Assembly: GCA_051313645.2 (NCBI GenBank)
Contig: JBNRSN020000010.1
Span: 16,430,001 to 16,494,000 of the forward strand
DNA length: 64,000 nucleotides
Reading direction: 5' to 3'
Source of the DNA: Centroscyllium fabricii
Lineage: Eukaryota
Below are positions 39,501 to 49,952 of this stretch, piece after piece; the first letter of the stretch is position 1; each line of letters starts with the position of its first letter. The position numbers and the translations under genes are program-made. The notes under the pieces were generated by a model. It was not told where the DNA came from. It made no database searches and was given only the letters and a program-made list of their open reading frames with translations.

Positions 39501-42500
39501 GTCTACCCAAAGTGTTTTATCAACCAGGCCCTGTAGTTGCTACGGACATTTGTTCTCATTGCGCTTTTACTAGGCAAGATATTAAAGCTCTTTGGAAGCA
39601 AGACGGATAGAAGAGTTAAGCTAAATATCAGCAATAAATTAATTGAGTGGCAGGTCCGTTTGGAGGAGCTGAATTGACTTCTCCGGTTCCTATGTACCTG
39701 TGTTCCTAATGACTGTGCAGCCGACATGTATTTAATTATTTCAATATTTGATCATGTGATTCTTCCACTGATCCAACAGTCACCCACGACACACAAGGCA
39801 GAGATTGCTCTGCGAAATCTAATATAGAAAAGCGCGTTCCTCCACAAATTAAATTGAAATATATTTTATTTTATTCTCAACTACATATCCTGCCATACAA
39901 GGTCACATTTTATTTCCAGGTTGAAATAAAAGACACTTATTTCACGCCTCTTTCAAAGAGCCAGCACAGACATAATGGAATGACCGCCGTGTTTGGTGTA
40001 AGATTCTATGTTACTATATTTATTGCAATACATACATTTTGTAATGAATTTGCAACTCATTAATGTCTTTAGATGTGAGCATTGAAGGAGAATCTCCGCC
40101 CAGAAAATCAGTTACTTCATATAGATCTCACCAAATTCAAATATTTTAATAGTCGTTTGCTTATTCTCCGAAGGTGGTGACATGTCTGGCGCTGAACGCG
40201 ATGAGTGCGCTTCTTGGCGTAGTGAATCTGGTACTTTATTGCATTTCCTTTGAGGTGAGGACCCCACTCATTATATGACTTTTGGAATTATCTGCCACTC
40301 TTGACCCATTACTTTGGCTTTAATACAGAGCCGTATTTATGCAAATCTTCTTTGAAAATAATTATTGAATCTGCCCCCACGGCCCTTTCAATAAGTGAAG
40401 TCCAGATCAAAACAACTTGCTGCATAATGTTTTTCATCACGACGCCTGTGGTTAATTTTCCACCTAACTTAAAACTGTGCCGCTGGCTATCGACTGCTCT
40501 GCCACTGGAACAGGTTTGTCCTTAATGTATCCATCAAACAACTTCATGATTTTGAACACGTTTATCAAATTTCCTCTTAATGTCGTTGCCCTAACGAAAC
40601 CATCCCCAGTTTCGCTAATCTAAACACGTATCTGACTATTTTCATCCCTGGTGACTTTCCTTGCAATCTCATCTGCACTCTAATGCTTTGAAATCCGTCA
40701 AAAGTGCTGTGCCCAGCACTCCAGCTGAAGCCTAAACAATGCAGGGTTAGCAAAACTCCCTTAATACATGAATAATAGTTTAAAATCAGCATTCCCTCTG
40801 GGCGTGTTATGACTGATTGCACAAATGAATACTGACATTAAAAAAACATTGATATTGCCGGATATAGTACAGCTTTGCGTCCCAGGCATACACAGGCATA
40901 ATAGAATCATTGTTCAGCGGATCAACTTTAGAGAGATGCAGTGAGAAATACTGTTGCGAGGCGTTCTAAGATAGCTTTGGCTTTTCATCTTACGACGTCT
41001 AAATGCAATATTGGCCCAGATATTCAGGTCGGATTCTTCCCGCGTGTGTAAGACTCCAACCTGCAGTTACCTTGCGTGCCAGCCGTTGAGCTGTGGGTCC
41101 GCGTGGAATTCTGTTCCTGGGCCACCTCCAACTGCCGGTGAGCAGTGCTTGCATATCCGAATGCCGCAGTTAATGACTTGCGTCCCCTGGGGTCACTTGG
41201 GCCTTGCAGAGCCACTCAGAATTCCTGTAAAAACTATGAATACTACAAGCCACAAAACTTCAATAAAACTTCAAATAAATTTTAAAAACAGCAAAGTTAT
41301 AAAATGACTATAAATGTCATGAAATGGCTGTTTTAAACACTAATTTAAATTTATGAAAATTTAATTATTTCTACTAACAATTCTAAAAATGAACTTACCT
41401 ATCTTTAAAGTAATTAAATTAATAAACCTGTTGAATTTTTATTTTTTTCGATTAATTCAGCACTTACCTTGTTAAAAGCAGGCCTTAGAGATGCTTTCTT
41501 TGTGTCTAACTTTTTCTCACTTACCCGGACAGTAAACGCCCAAAAAACCATAAGGGCAATGCGCACGTGCTGCTCCTCCCGCGCACGTGCTTCACCTCGT
41601 AAACCCATAGTTCGGGGAATGGAAGTGCCACATTCCCACACAGGCGCTTGGCATGTAGGCATCCGGATCGTTCGAATGGCATACGCATGAGTACTCCATA
41701 CTCATGCGTTCAGAGCCTAATCACTGGGGCAATATTTCACTTTTTTCAGAAAATTCATTAGATTTCCTAACGGCTCTAAAAATAATCTTACATTTCGTTA
41801 AAGTAGTTAATGTAATAAATCTGTGGAAAAAGTGTGTTAATTTGAATTAATTCAGCACTTACCTCATTAAATGCAGGCCTTGCTGCTGCTTTTTTCAAGC
41901 ATAACTTTTCAGACTGAACAGGACAGAAAAATCTGGAAAGAAAACATAAATTGAATGCGCATACGCTACCGCTCCAGCACAGGCGCTGCGCCTGTTCACC
42001 CCTAAGTATGGGGAAAAGTAAGTGCCGGATTCCCGTGCATGCGCAGTGCATGAACTGAACCGGCACTTTCGTGGGACCTACGGGTGAGTACCCCATGCGC
42101 ACTCATCCGGGGAGATTCCAATTAATGGGCCCTTGTCTAAACTCACCGTTGTAATGGGATGAGGGGACCTCCTGTGAAGTCAAAAATACTGGAAGCAAGT
42201 AAAAATTAATATAAATATTTAGAGAGGCAACACAAACTTGCTTAAAATCTACAAATAGCTAACAAAAAGATTTATTTCATGCGTCGTGTGAATCAGTTTT
42301 CTTTAAGTAAATAAAGGAAAGCTGATCCCAGTCACAGAGTGCCGTTAAAAAGCGGACACATGGAAACATAGAAACATAGAAGATAGGAGCAGGAGTAAGC
42401 CATTCGCCCCTTCGAGCCTGCTCCGCCATTCAATGAGATCGTGGCTGATCATGCAAACCCAGCACCCTGTCCCTGCCCTCTCCCCATATCCCTTGATACC

Positions 42501-45500
42501 TATCGAGGCTGCACCGACACATATCACACCTTATCCCCGTAACCCCACATATTCAATCCCCTGAACACTAACGGTCAATTCATCATTGCCAATCCACCTA
42601 ACCCGCACATCGTTGGACAAAGATTGAAGGTGATTGGCAAAAAAAACAGCGGGTGGATGAGGAGAATTCGTGTTTTACACAGCGACCTGTTACGTTCTGG
42701 AATGTATTGGCCGAACTTGTGGTGTAAACTGATTCGTTAATTACTTTCATATAAAAAGGGAATTGGATAATTACTTGAAAGGGAAAAAATTGTGGAGCTA
42801 CGAAAAGAGAGGCAGTGTGTCTAATTGGATATTTCCTTCAAGGTGCAAGCACAGGCACCGTAGTGAGAATGGCCTCCTTCACTGATGTTTCATTCTATGA
42901 TTCTATGAATTGGTACTGCGGAAATAAAATCAATCACTGCCCTGTCCTTATTTTCTAAGTACCCAACCGGATACAACGTTTCAGATGATACTGTCACGTT
43001 TGTAACGAGCGGACGTTATGCGATTATTTCACCAGTCGCCCTGTGGCGGCGCTGCAGCTCCTGTGTTTTTGGGCTGCTCCCACCTCAGCCTGGAGTGCAG
43101 AGAAGCTTCTTTGAGATGTTGTTCTATAGTTCCAACATTGCGATCAGTTGTGTTTTCTATAGGGACAGCTTAGACTTGGAAACGGGGCTGAATAATACTT
43201 CCAACCCCTGGTCCATTAATTCCCTCCTCCACACTGAAATGTGCTTTCAGCTGAAGACGTATTATTTATGCCGTGTGGTAGATCGCCTAACATTGAGACA
43301 ATGGGGGTGACATTAGTCTGCGTTACGCTCCACCCTATTTTCGTTTCCATTGAATACAATTGGAGAGGAAAATCGGGAGAAGCGCAAAACGAACTTCCGA
43401 TGCCCGTTCAGCATTTTCTGGCAGAGTTCAAATCCATTGCCAATATCCTTCAATTGCCAAAAATTGACTTAGTATAACCTTCCATCTGAGATTGCCCTAA
43501 AATGTGATGTCGCTCTGTATGTGACTGTTCTTGCAGCCTCACGTGGACTTATTTCTAATTGCCCTGAACATGTTCTTGCTGCTGATCCACAGATGTACCG
43601 TTCCACTCCGCTACGCGTTCTCCTACTGCTGGCAATGTTGGCGCTGTGGACATCAATTCTCGGTTCCATTTTCGAAGGCAAGAAGTTGTGGAAACATTCC
43701 AAAATACAAGTCAATAAGGTTTGTACTTACAATACCAAATTGCAAATCAATATTTCTGGCTCCGCTGCATATTGACTCTAAAAATACCGAGTTTTGCATT
43801 TAACTCCCAAAAGTTTTCCAATTAGGAGTATTACGCCAGCTATGGGCCCTGACTTCCTGTGCTCCAGAAGAGCTGCACCCCCATGAAGTGGGGTCAGAAA
43901 TGCCTCGTGTCGGTGCAGCTCGGGTGATTACCAGAAACGTGAACTTCCTGTGCTGATGGGCAAGGGGCTTCAGCTTCCTACCCAGGAAGACTTTGAGCTG
44001 CAGACTTCCTGTAGGCAGCTGCTCAAAATGCGGGTGTATCACGTGGGGAAGTCTCTCTTTTGCTGCACATATAAAAAGGAGTCTTAAGAGGCTGCAGGCA
44101 GCTTTGAGAAGTGAAAAAAACACGTTTAAAGTTAAAAGAAAAATTGATTCCTTTGGAGATATTTGTCTGTGGTCTTACAGCTTGTAAATGTGAATGTTTT
44201 TATATATTTTGGTGAAAGTGAAAAAAATCGGGAATTTGAACGCGATGTCAGCTCTCAGCGGCTGACATCGCGTTCAAATCCCCGATTTTTTTCACTATCA
44301 CCAAAATATATAAAAACCTTCACATTTACAAGCTGTAAGACCACAGACAAAGATCTCCAAAGGAATTTTTAAAAAAAACTTTAAACGTGTTTTTTTCACT
44401 GGAGCAAAAAAAAACCCTATCAGCAGAAAAGGCAGAAACTTTAAAAAAACAGCTTCCTAGAAACTGTAAAAAAAACAAACATAAGGTGCTTCCTACCTGA
44501 TATTCTTCATCCTGCTGGCCGATACTGTGTTTCGTTCGGGGGTAAAGCCGACCTCAGTGGGCGTGGCTTGCACCCCGGACCAAAAAAAATACTTCCCCTC
44601 CAAACGAAAAAAAAACGGGATTTCCCACAGGAAGTTCACGTGAGAAAAAAATAATCACGTGCGCGTGCGCCGCGGGTGCACGTCAGCACGCACCCGCAGC
44701 AATCGGGCCACAGGAAGACAGGGCCCATTAACTTTATCCAGCGGAGGAAACGCGCCTGCCATGCGTTAGACTAGTTTCTATTTGTTCCTGGCATGTGGGC
44801 GTCCCTGGCAAGGCCAGCATATATTGCCCATTCCTTGTTGCCCTTGATAAGGTGCTGGTGAGCCTTCTTATTGAACCGCTGCAATCCGTGTGGTGAGCGT
44901 ACTTCTATCATGCAGTTAGGGAGTGTTTTCCAGGATTCTCACCCAGCGAACGGTGATGGAACTGCAATATTCTGCCAAATCAGCATATTATTTGACTTGG
45001 ATGGAAACGTGGAGGTGGAAGTGGTGGCGTTCCCATGTGCCTGCTGCCCTTGTCCTTCTATGTGGTACAGGTCGCTGGCTTGGTAGATGCTGCCGAAGAA
45101 ACCTTGCCGAGGAGCGCTGGTCGTGGAGGGAGTGAATGATTAATGTGGTGGTTGTGTGCAAATCAGGTGGGCTGCATTGTCCTCAATGGTGTCGATCTTC
45201 TTGAGTGTTCTCGGAGCTGCAGCCATCCAGGAAAGTGGGGAGTATTCCAGCAAACATCTTACCTGTGCCTTGTAGTGAGTGGAAAGGATTTGAGGAGTCC
45301 AGAGGTGAGACAGTCGCCGCAGAATACACAGCCTCTGAAGTCCAACTGTGCCCACGCCATTTAAATGTTTGGTCCATTTAAGTTTCTTGCTAATTGTGAC
45401 ACCCAGCATGTTGATGGTGGGGGATTCGGCGATATTAATGATGTTGAGCATCAAGGGACGATGGTTAGACTATCGCTTGTTTCAGATCGCCATTGACTGG

Positions 45501-48500
45501 TGATTGTGTAGCGAAAGTATTCGTTGCCACTTATCAGAACAAGCCTAGATGTCGGCCAGGTCGTGTTGCATGCGGACACGGTTTGAATCTGTGTCTGAAG
45601 AGTTGTGAATGCAACTCAACACCGTGCAATAGTCAGCGAACTTCCTCATTGCTTACTGTATGAGGAGGATTGGTGATTGATGAACCCGCTGGGGATGGTT
45701 GGACCTACGACACATGTATGAGGTTCTCCTGAATCGATTTCATGAGGCAGGGATGTTTGCCCTCAAACAACCACAACAATCTTCCTTTGTGTTAGATATG
45801 AATCCAGCAAGTGCAGATTTCGCACCTGATTGCCATTGATTTTAATTATATTTGCACTCCTTGTTGCCGCACTCGTTCAATTGCAGCATTGGTGTCAAGG
45901 GCAGTCAATCTCACCTCACCGCCGGAATTCAGTAATTTCGGCCATATTTGGAACAAGGCTGTAATGTGGTCTGGAGGCGAGTGGTCCTGGCACAGCGCAA
46001 ATTTAATATTGGTGAGCTGGTTATTGGTTTGAAAATGCCAATAGATTACACTGTTTAAGACTGCATCCATTAATTTGCTGATGATTGTGAGCAGATTTAT
46101 GCGGCTGTAATATGTCGGATTGGATCTGTCCTGCTTTTTGTATACATCAAGTACCTGGGCAATTTTCCTCATTGTCGGATAGATGCCAGTGTTGTAGCTG
46201 TACTGGCACTACCTGGTGAGAGGCGCGGCAATTCTGGATTCCTAGGCTTCAACACCACAGCAGGAGAGATTTCGGGACATACAGCCTTTCCAGTGACCCG
46301 TGGGCTGTGTCCTTTTTGATATCACGTTGAGTGAATTGAATTGACTGAAGACAGTCTTCTGTGATCGTGGACGATATGAATCATCCGCTTTGCACATCTG
46401 GCTGAAGATGTTTGCACACTTCAGCCTTGTATTTTACACTCGTGTGTGAGGCTCCGCCATGTTTGAGGATGGGGAGTTTCATTCACATTCTACGACATTT
46501 TTTACTTGAAGTTGCAGGAACAGAGCTAAAGGATGCAGCGCCCTCTACAGGCCATCTGGGACCTGTGTGAACAGAAAAATCAACCATGTATTCCGTTCAC
46601 CAACCACAGGGAAGAACTGATTTCTGAACACCGCAGATTCTAAAACAAGAACTGCGTGTTCGACTAGTGTGCGAAACATCAAATCAGTATTGAAAGCTAA
46701 TTGAAAGAAACATTGTATTCAGAGATAGATAGAATAGCGACAGCTTAGAAATAGGAAAGGGGCGGTAACGTTAGTGGGAGTCTTTTATAGACCACCAAAT
46801 AGTAACAGGGAGGTGGAGGAGGAAATTGCACGACAAATAAAGGAAAGATGTGGGGGACATAGGGTAGTTATCATGGGAGATTTCAATTTCCCTAATATAG
46901 ACTGGAATCTAGGAAGGTCAAAGAGTGCAGATGGAGAGATTTTCTTACAATGCGTGCAGGAAGGTTTCCTGACACAATACGTGGAGGAACCAACAAGGGG
47001 GGGGCAACGTTGGACCTGGTTCTGGGAAATGAACCAGGCCAAGTGGTAGAACTGGGGGTAAGGGAGCACTTTGGGGACAGTGACCACAACTCGGTGACAT
47101 TCACAATAGTAATGGAGAAGGATAGGAGCATGAGGCAGGGTAAGGTATACAGCTGGGGGAGGGGAAATTATGACAGGGTTAGGCATGAGTTAGCTAACAC
47201 CAATTGGGAACGGGAACTTGCTGGGAGAGGAACGGAAGAAAAATGGAGAGTGTTCAGGGAGCAAATTATGAAAGCCCTGGATAAGCATGTCCCGAGTAGG
47301 ATGGGAAACAAGAGAAAGATGAGAGAACCGTGGATCACGAAAGAGGTAGAACAGTTAGTAAAGAAGAAGAAGGAGGCATATGATAGAATGAGAAACCAGA
47401 GTACAGCAGGGGCAGGAAGGGAGTACAAAGAAGCAAGGAAAAAACTGAAGAATGGGCTAAGGAAGGCAAAGGGAGGGCATGAGAAGGCATTAGCGGGAAG
47501 GATAAAGGAGAACCCTAAGGCTTTCTATGCTTACGTAAGAAATAAAAGGATGACTAAGATAAGTGTAGGGCCGATCAAAGACGCGGGAGAAATGTGCACG
47601 GAGTCAGAGGAAATTGGGGAAGCACTAAATGAATATTTTGCGTCCGTGTTCACAAGGGAGAGGGAACTAAACGTAGAGGAGGAGTTCAAGATACAAGGGG
47701 AAAGGGTGGGGGAAGTAAATATTCAGAGGGGGGAGGTATTAGATATTCTGGAGAAACTGAAGGTAGACAAATCTCTTGGGCCAGACGGGATATATCCAAG
47801 GATTCTCTGGGAAGCGAGGAACGAAATCGCAGAGCCACTGACCTCTATCTTTAGTTCCTCGCTATCCTCGGGGATAGTCCCTGAGGACTGGAGAGAGGCG
47901 AATGTGGTTCCCATATTTAAAAAGGGGAGCAGGGACGTGCCAGGGAACTACAGACCAGTCAGCCTTACCTCGGTGGTCGGAAAGGTGATGGAAAGGGTCC
48001 TGAGGGATAGGATCTACGACCATCTAGAAAGGGGCAAATTAATCAGGAGCAGTCAGCACGGATTCGTTAAGGGCAAATCGTGCCTGACCAACCTGATAGA
48101 ATTCTTTGAAGAGGTGACCAAGTGTGTGGACGAGGGAAAGGCGGTTGATGTGATATATATGGACTTCAGCAAGGTGTTCGACAAGGTCCCGCACGGTCGA
48201 CTCATGAAGAAAGTAAGGAGTTGCGGGGTAAACAATGAAGTGGTGGGATGGATTGAGAACTGGCTGGCTCAGAGGTAGGAGAGGGTAGTGGTAGAGGGCC
48301 AATACTCGGTTGGAGACCGGTCACCAGTGGGGTACCACAGGGGTCGGTGTTGGGGCCACTGCTACTTGTAATCTTTATCAATGACTTGGAGGAGGGGACT
48401 GAGGGGTGGGTCAGCAAATTTGCGGATGACACAAAGATTGGGGGGTAGTGGATGAGGAGGAAGGAAGTAGAAAGATTCAGAGGGATATAGATAGGATGCA

Positions 48501-49952
48501 GAGCTGGGCTGAAGAATGGCAAATTGAGTTCAACATGGGGAAATGCGAGGTGATGCACTTCGGTAGGGCAAATAGGAAGAGGGAATATAGGGTCAATGGC
48601 AGGGTCCTGAGTGAAGCAGAGGAGCAAAGGGATCTGGGAGTATATGTACACAGATCATTGAAGGCTGCCACCCAGGTGGACAAGGCAGTAAAAAAGGCCT
48701 TTGGTGTATTGGCCTTCATCAACAGGGGAATAGAGTTTAAGAACCGGGAGGTCATGCTACAGCTGTACAGGTCACTGGTGAGACCACACTTGGAGTACTG
48801 TGTGCAGTTCTGGGCACCGTACTACAGGAGAGATGTGGAGGTGCTGGAGAGGGTGCAGAGGAGATTCACCAGGATGCTGCCGGGAATGGGGGGAATGTCG
48901 TATGAGGAGAGGTTGAGGGAGCTGGGACTCTTCTCCCTGGAACGGAAAAGGAAGTGGGGGGACGTAATAGAGATGTTTAAAATGATGAAGGGGATCGATA
49001 GAGTAAACGTGCAGAGACTGTTTCCCCGGGTGGGAAGAACGACAACAAGAGGGCACGAGCACAAGATTCAAGGAGGAAGATTCAGAAGGGATGGCAGAGG
49101 CAAGTTCTTTACGCAGAGAGTGGTTGGGGAATGGAATAGGCTACCATCTGAAATAGTGGATGCGGACAGTCTGGGCACTTTTGAAAGAATGATAGATAGG
49201 TGCATGGAGCGGAAGGAGGAGTAGGGGGGACAGGAAAAGTCAGAGACGGACTAAGCGCGGCACTACATTGAGGGCCCAAGGGCCTGTACAGTGCTGTATG
49301 TTCTATGTTCTATGTAAATAAAATATTTTTTTCGTTTCAATTTTAATTTTAATAATAATGTTTATCAACGATTAATATCTGAACCATTGAGACTCGGCAT
49401 TCGTAAGAGTGAATTATCTGTCTTAGAAATGCACTTTCAGTAATTAAAAATGATCACGGTTTCAAAAATGCTAGTTTGGCTGATATGGACAGTCGCTAGT
49501 TTTCTCTGGTGTGAATAATCCATCTCTATGATGAAAGGGCAGGAAATCCACGCAGCTGATTACATTTGAAGTAGGAGCCAAACAGCGACATGAAATTTTC
49601 GAGTAGCTTGATGCGGAAACGATTGGATCTTTCGCCGTAACTTTTTCATCTGTCTGCATCTGGGTCATTAACTCTAATTTTCACCTTGAGTTGCGCATCT
49701 GTGCTGGCTGGAAGCAGCTGTCCGACTTGTAAATAAAAAAACAGTGTTTTCCATTAGCCTCAAACATTACATGGGCAGTAATTTCTGCTATTTTCCTTTA
49801 GCGAGGAATTTCACACCTTACACGGAGGTTATCTTCAACATTTATGTCAGTTGGACTGTGTAAATATTTAACTTTTGTTTATTTATTTACTCCGTTTACT
49901 TTCGCAGCCTACCCATGAGCCTACTGATCAGGTCAACACTCTGAAACAATAA
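27426..49952 (+). CDS. MS4A: MS4A-family (membrane-spanning 4-domains A / CD20-like) gene, spliced; join 27426-27590, 37163-37273, 39099-39155, 40174-40254, 43593-43718, 49908-49952 (~194 aa)
   Basis: All exons are phase 0, bounded by AG/GT and open. Joined protein: [10 protein letters not shown]...QMGKPKVLG|[37 protein letters not shown]|[19 protein letters not shown]|[27 protein letters not shown]|[42 protein letters not shown]|[14 protein letters not shown]. The GxPKVLG-VxQI, YWxG-xxF(I/L)ISGSL and LxxN motifs and four TM segments are MS4A hallmarks. Family-level call only; the orthologue is not identifiable and the last exon is uncertain. Confidence 0.88.
29060..31550 (-). mobile_element. 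CR1 LINE fragment split by the solo LTR
   Basis: Minus ORFs with [30 protein letters not shown]. Confidence 0.85.
30110..31163 (+). mobile_element. Solo LTR related to family A
   Basis: TGTCACA...GTTACA with TSD AGCCC; TATA at 30301, GCGGGATCATT at 30331, ATTAAA near 31095; long near-identity to the reverse complement of the family A LTRs. Confidence 0.92.
31580..36135 (+). mobile_element. CR1 LINE split by LTR element B
   Basis: FYSYVKRKR before the insertion; RT motifs and 3' UTR after 34570. Confidence 0.87.
32091..34569 (-). mobile_element. Non-autonomous LTR retrotransposon, family B: LTRs 32091-33243 and 33417-34569 (1153 bp), internal 173 bp
   Basis: TG...CA ends; TSD CTATA; PPT; PBS at 33405-33415; LTRs appear identical (identical ORF translations offset by 1326); inserted in a CR1 ORF2. 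Confidence 0.93.
37163..37273 (+). CDS. MS4A: MS4A exon, TM1 and start of TM2 (37 aa)
   Basis: ctcctgtttcag|GTT ATT CAG ... TAC TGG AGT GGC GAG CTA TTG|gtgagt; [14 protein letters not shown]...YWSGELL. Confidence 0.92.
38435..38856 (-). mobile_element. Full-length HE1-like V-SINE (in MS4A intron)
   Basis: Same A/B boxes, V-domain and tail as 13097-13497. Confidence 0.9.
39099..39155 (+). CDS. MS4A: MS4A exon, TM2 (19 aa)
   Basis: tttatttcacag|[19 protein letters not shown]|gtaagt; the 57-nt F(I/L)ISGSL exon typical of MS4A genes. Confidence 0.92.
40174..40254 (+). CDS. MS4A: MS4A exon, TM3 (27 aa)
   Basis: ttattctccgaag|[27 protein letters not shown]|gtgagg. Confidence 0.9.
41013..42132. 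mobile_element. MITE 41013-41730 plus a partial second copy ~41780-42132; related copies at 54317-55060 and 57101-57546
   Basis: Shared body gagctgtgggyccgcgtg..attctg.tcctgggcc.cctccaactgccggtg; degenerate GGCCC-type TIRs with AWT flanks. Confidence 0.72.
43593..43718 (+). CDS. MS4A: MS4A exon, TM4 (42 aa)
   Basis: gatccacag|[42 protein letters not shown]|gtttgt. The donor is moderate; read-through would stop at 43775. Confidence 0.82.
43844..44726. mobile_element. MITE / non-autonomous DNA transposon (PIF/Harbinger-ISL2EU-like) with large internal hairpin
   Basis: TIRs gggccctgacttcctgtg / gggccctgtcttcctgtg (17/18); AT-rich flanks; homologous to 62912-63780 in opposite orientation. Confidence 0.8.
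44780..46470 (-). mobile_element. Second non-LTR retrotransposon family (CR1/L2 group), RT C-terminal half and 3' end
   Basis: ORFs '[16 protein letters not shown]...[15 protein letters not shown]' and '[24 protein letters not shown]'. Confidence 0.8.
46535..46554 (-). promoter_or_regulatory. CTCF-like motif
   Basis: Minus strand TGGCCTGTAGAGGGCGCTGC closely matches the CTCF core consensus. Confidence 0.5.
46740..49315 (+). mobile_element. Young 5'-truncated CR1 LINE (partial APE + RT), few frameshifts
   Basis: ORFs 46774-47049, 46950-48278 and 48448-49224 with [46 protein letters not shown]; (TTCTATG)n tail. Confidence 0.95.
49908..49952 (+). CDS. Probable MS4A terminal coding exon ([14 protein letters not shown])
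   Basis: Long pyrimidine tract with branch-like tttaac and ttcgcag acceptor, phase 0 compatible; AATAAA cluster at ~50962. No homology evidence. Confidence 0.5.
   Translation, partial: PTHEPTDQVNTLKQ

Noticed and set aside
46511-46700. Alternative MS4A terminal exons (e.g. [26 protein letters not shown]) and 43826 EYYASYGP*
   Set aside because: Weaker acceptors than 49908, or running into a MITE TIR; cannot be fully excluded without RNA data.
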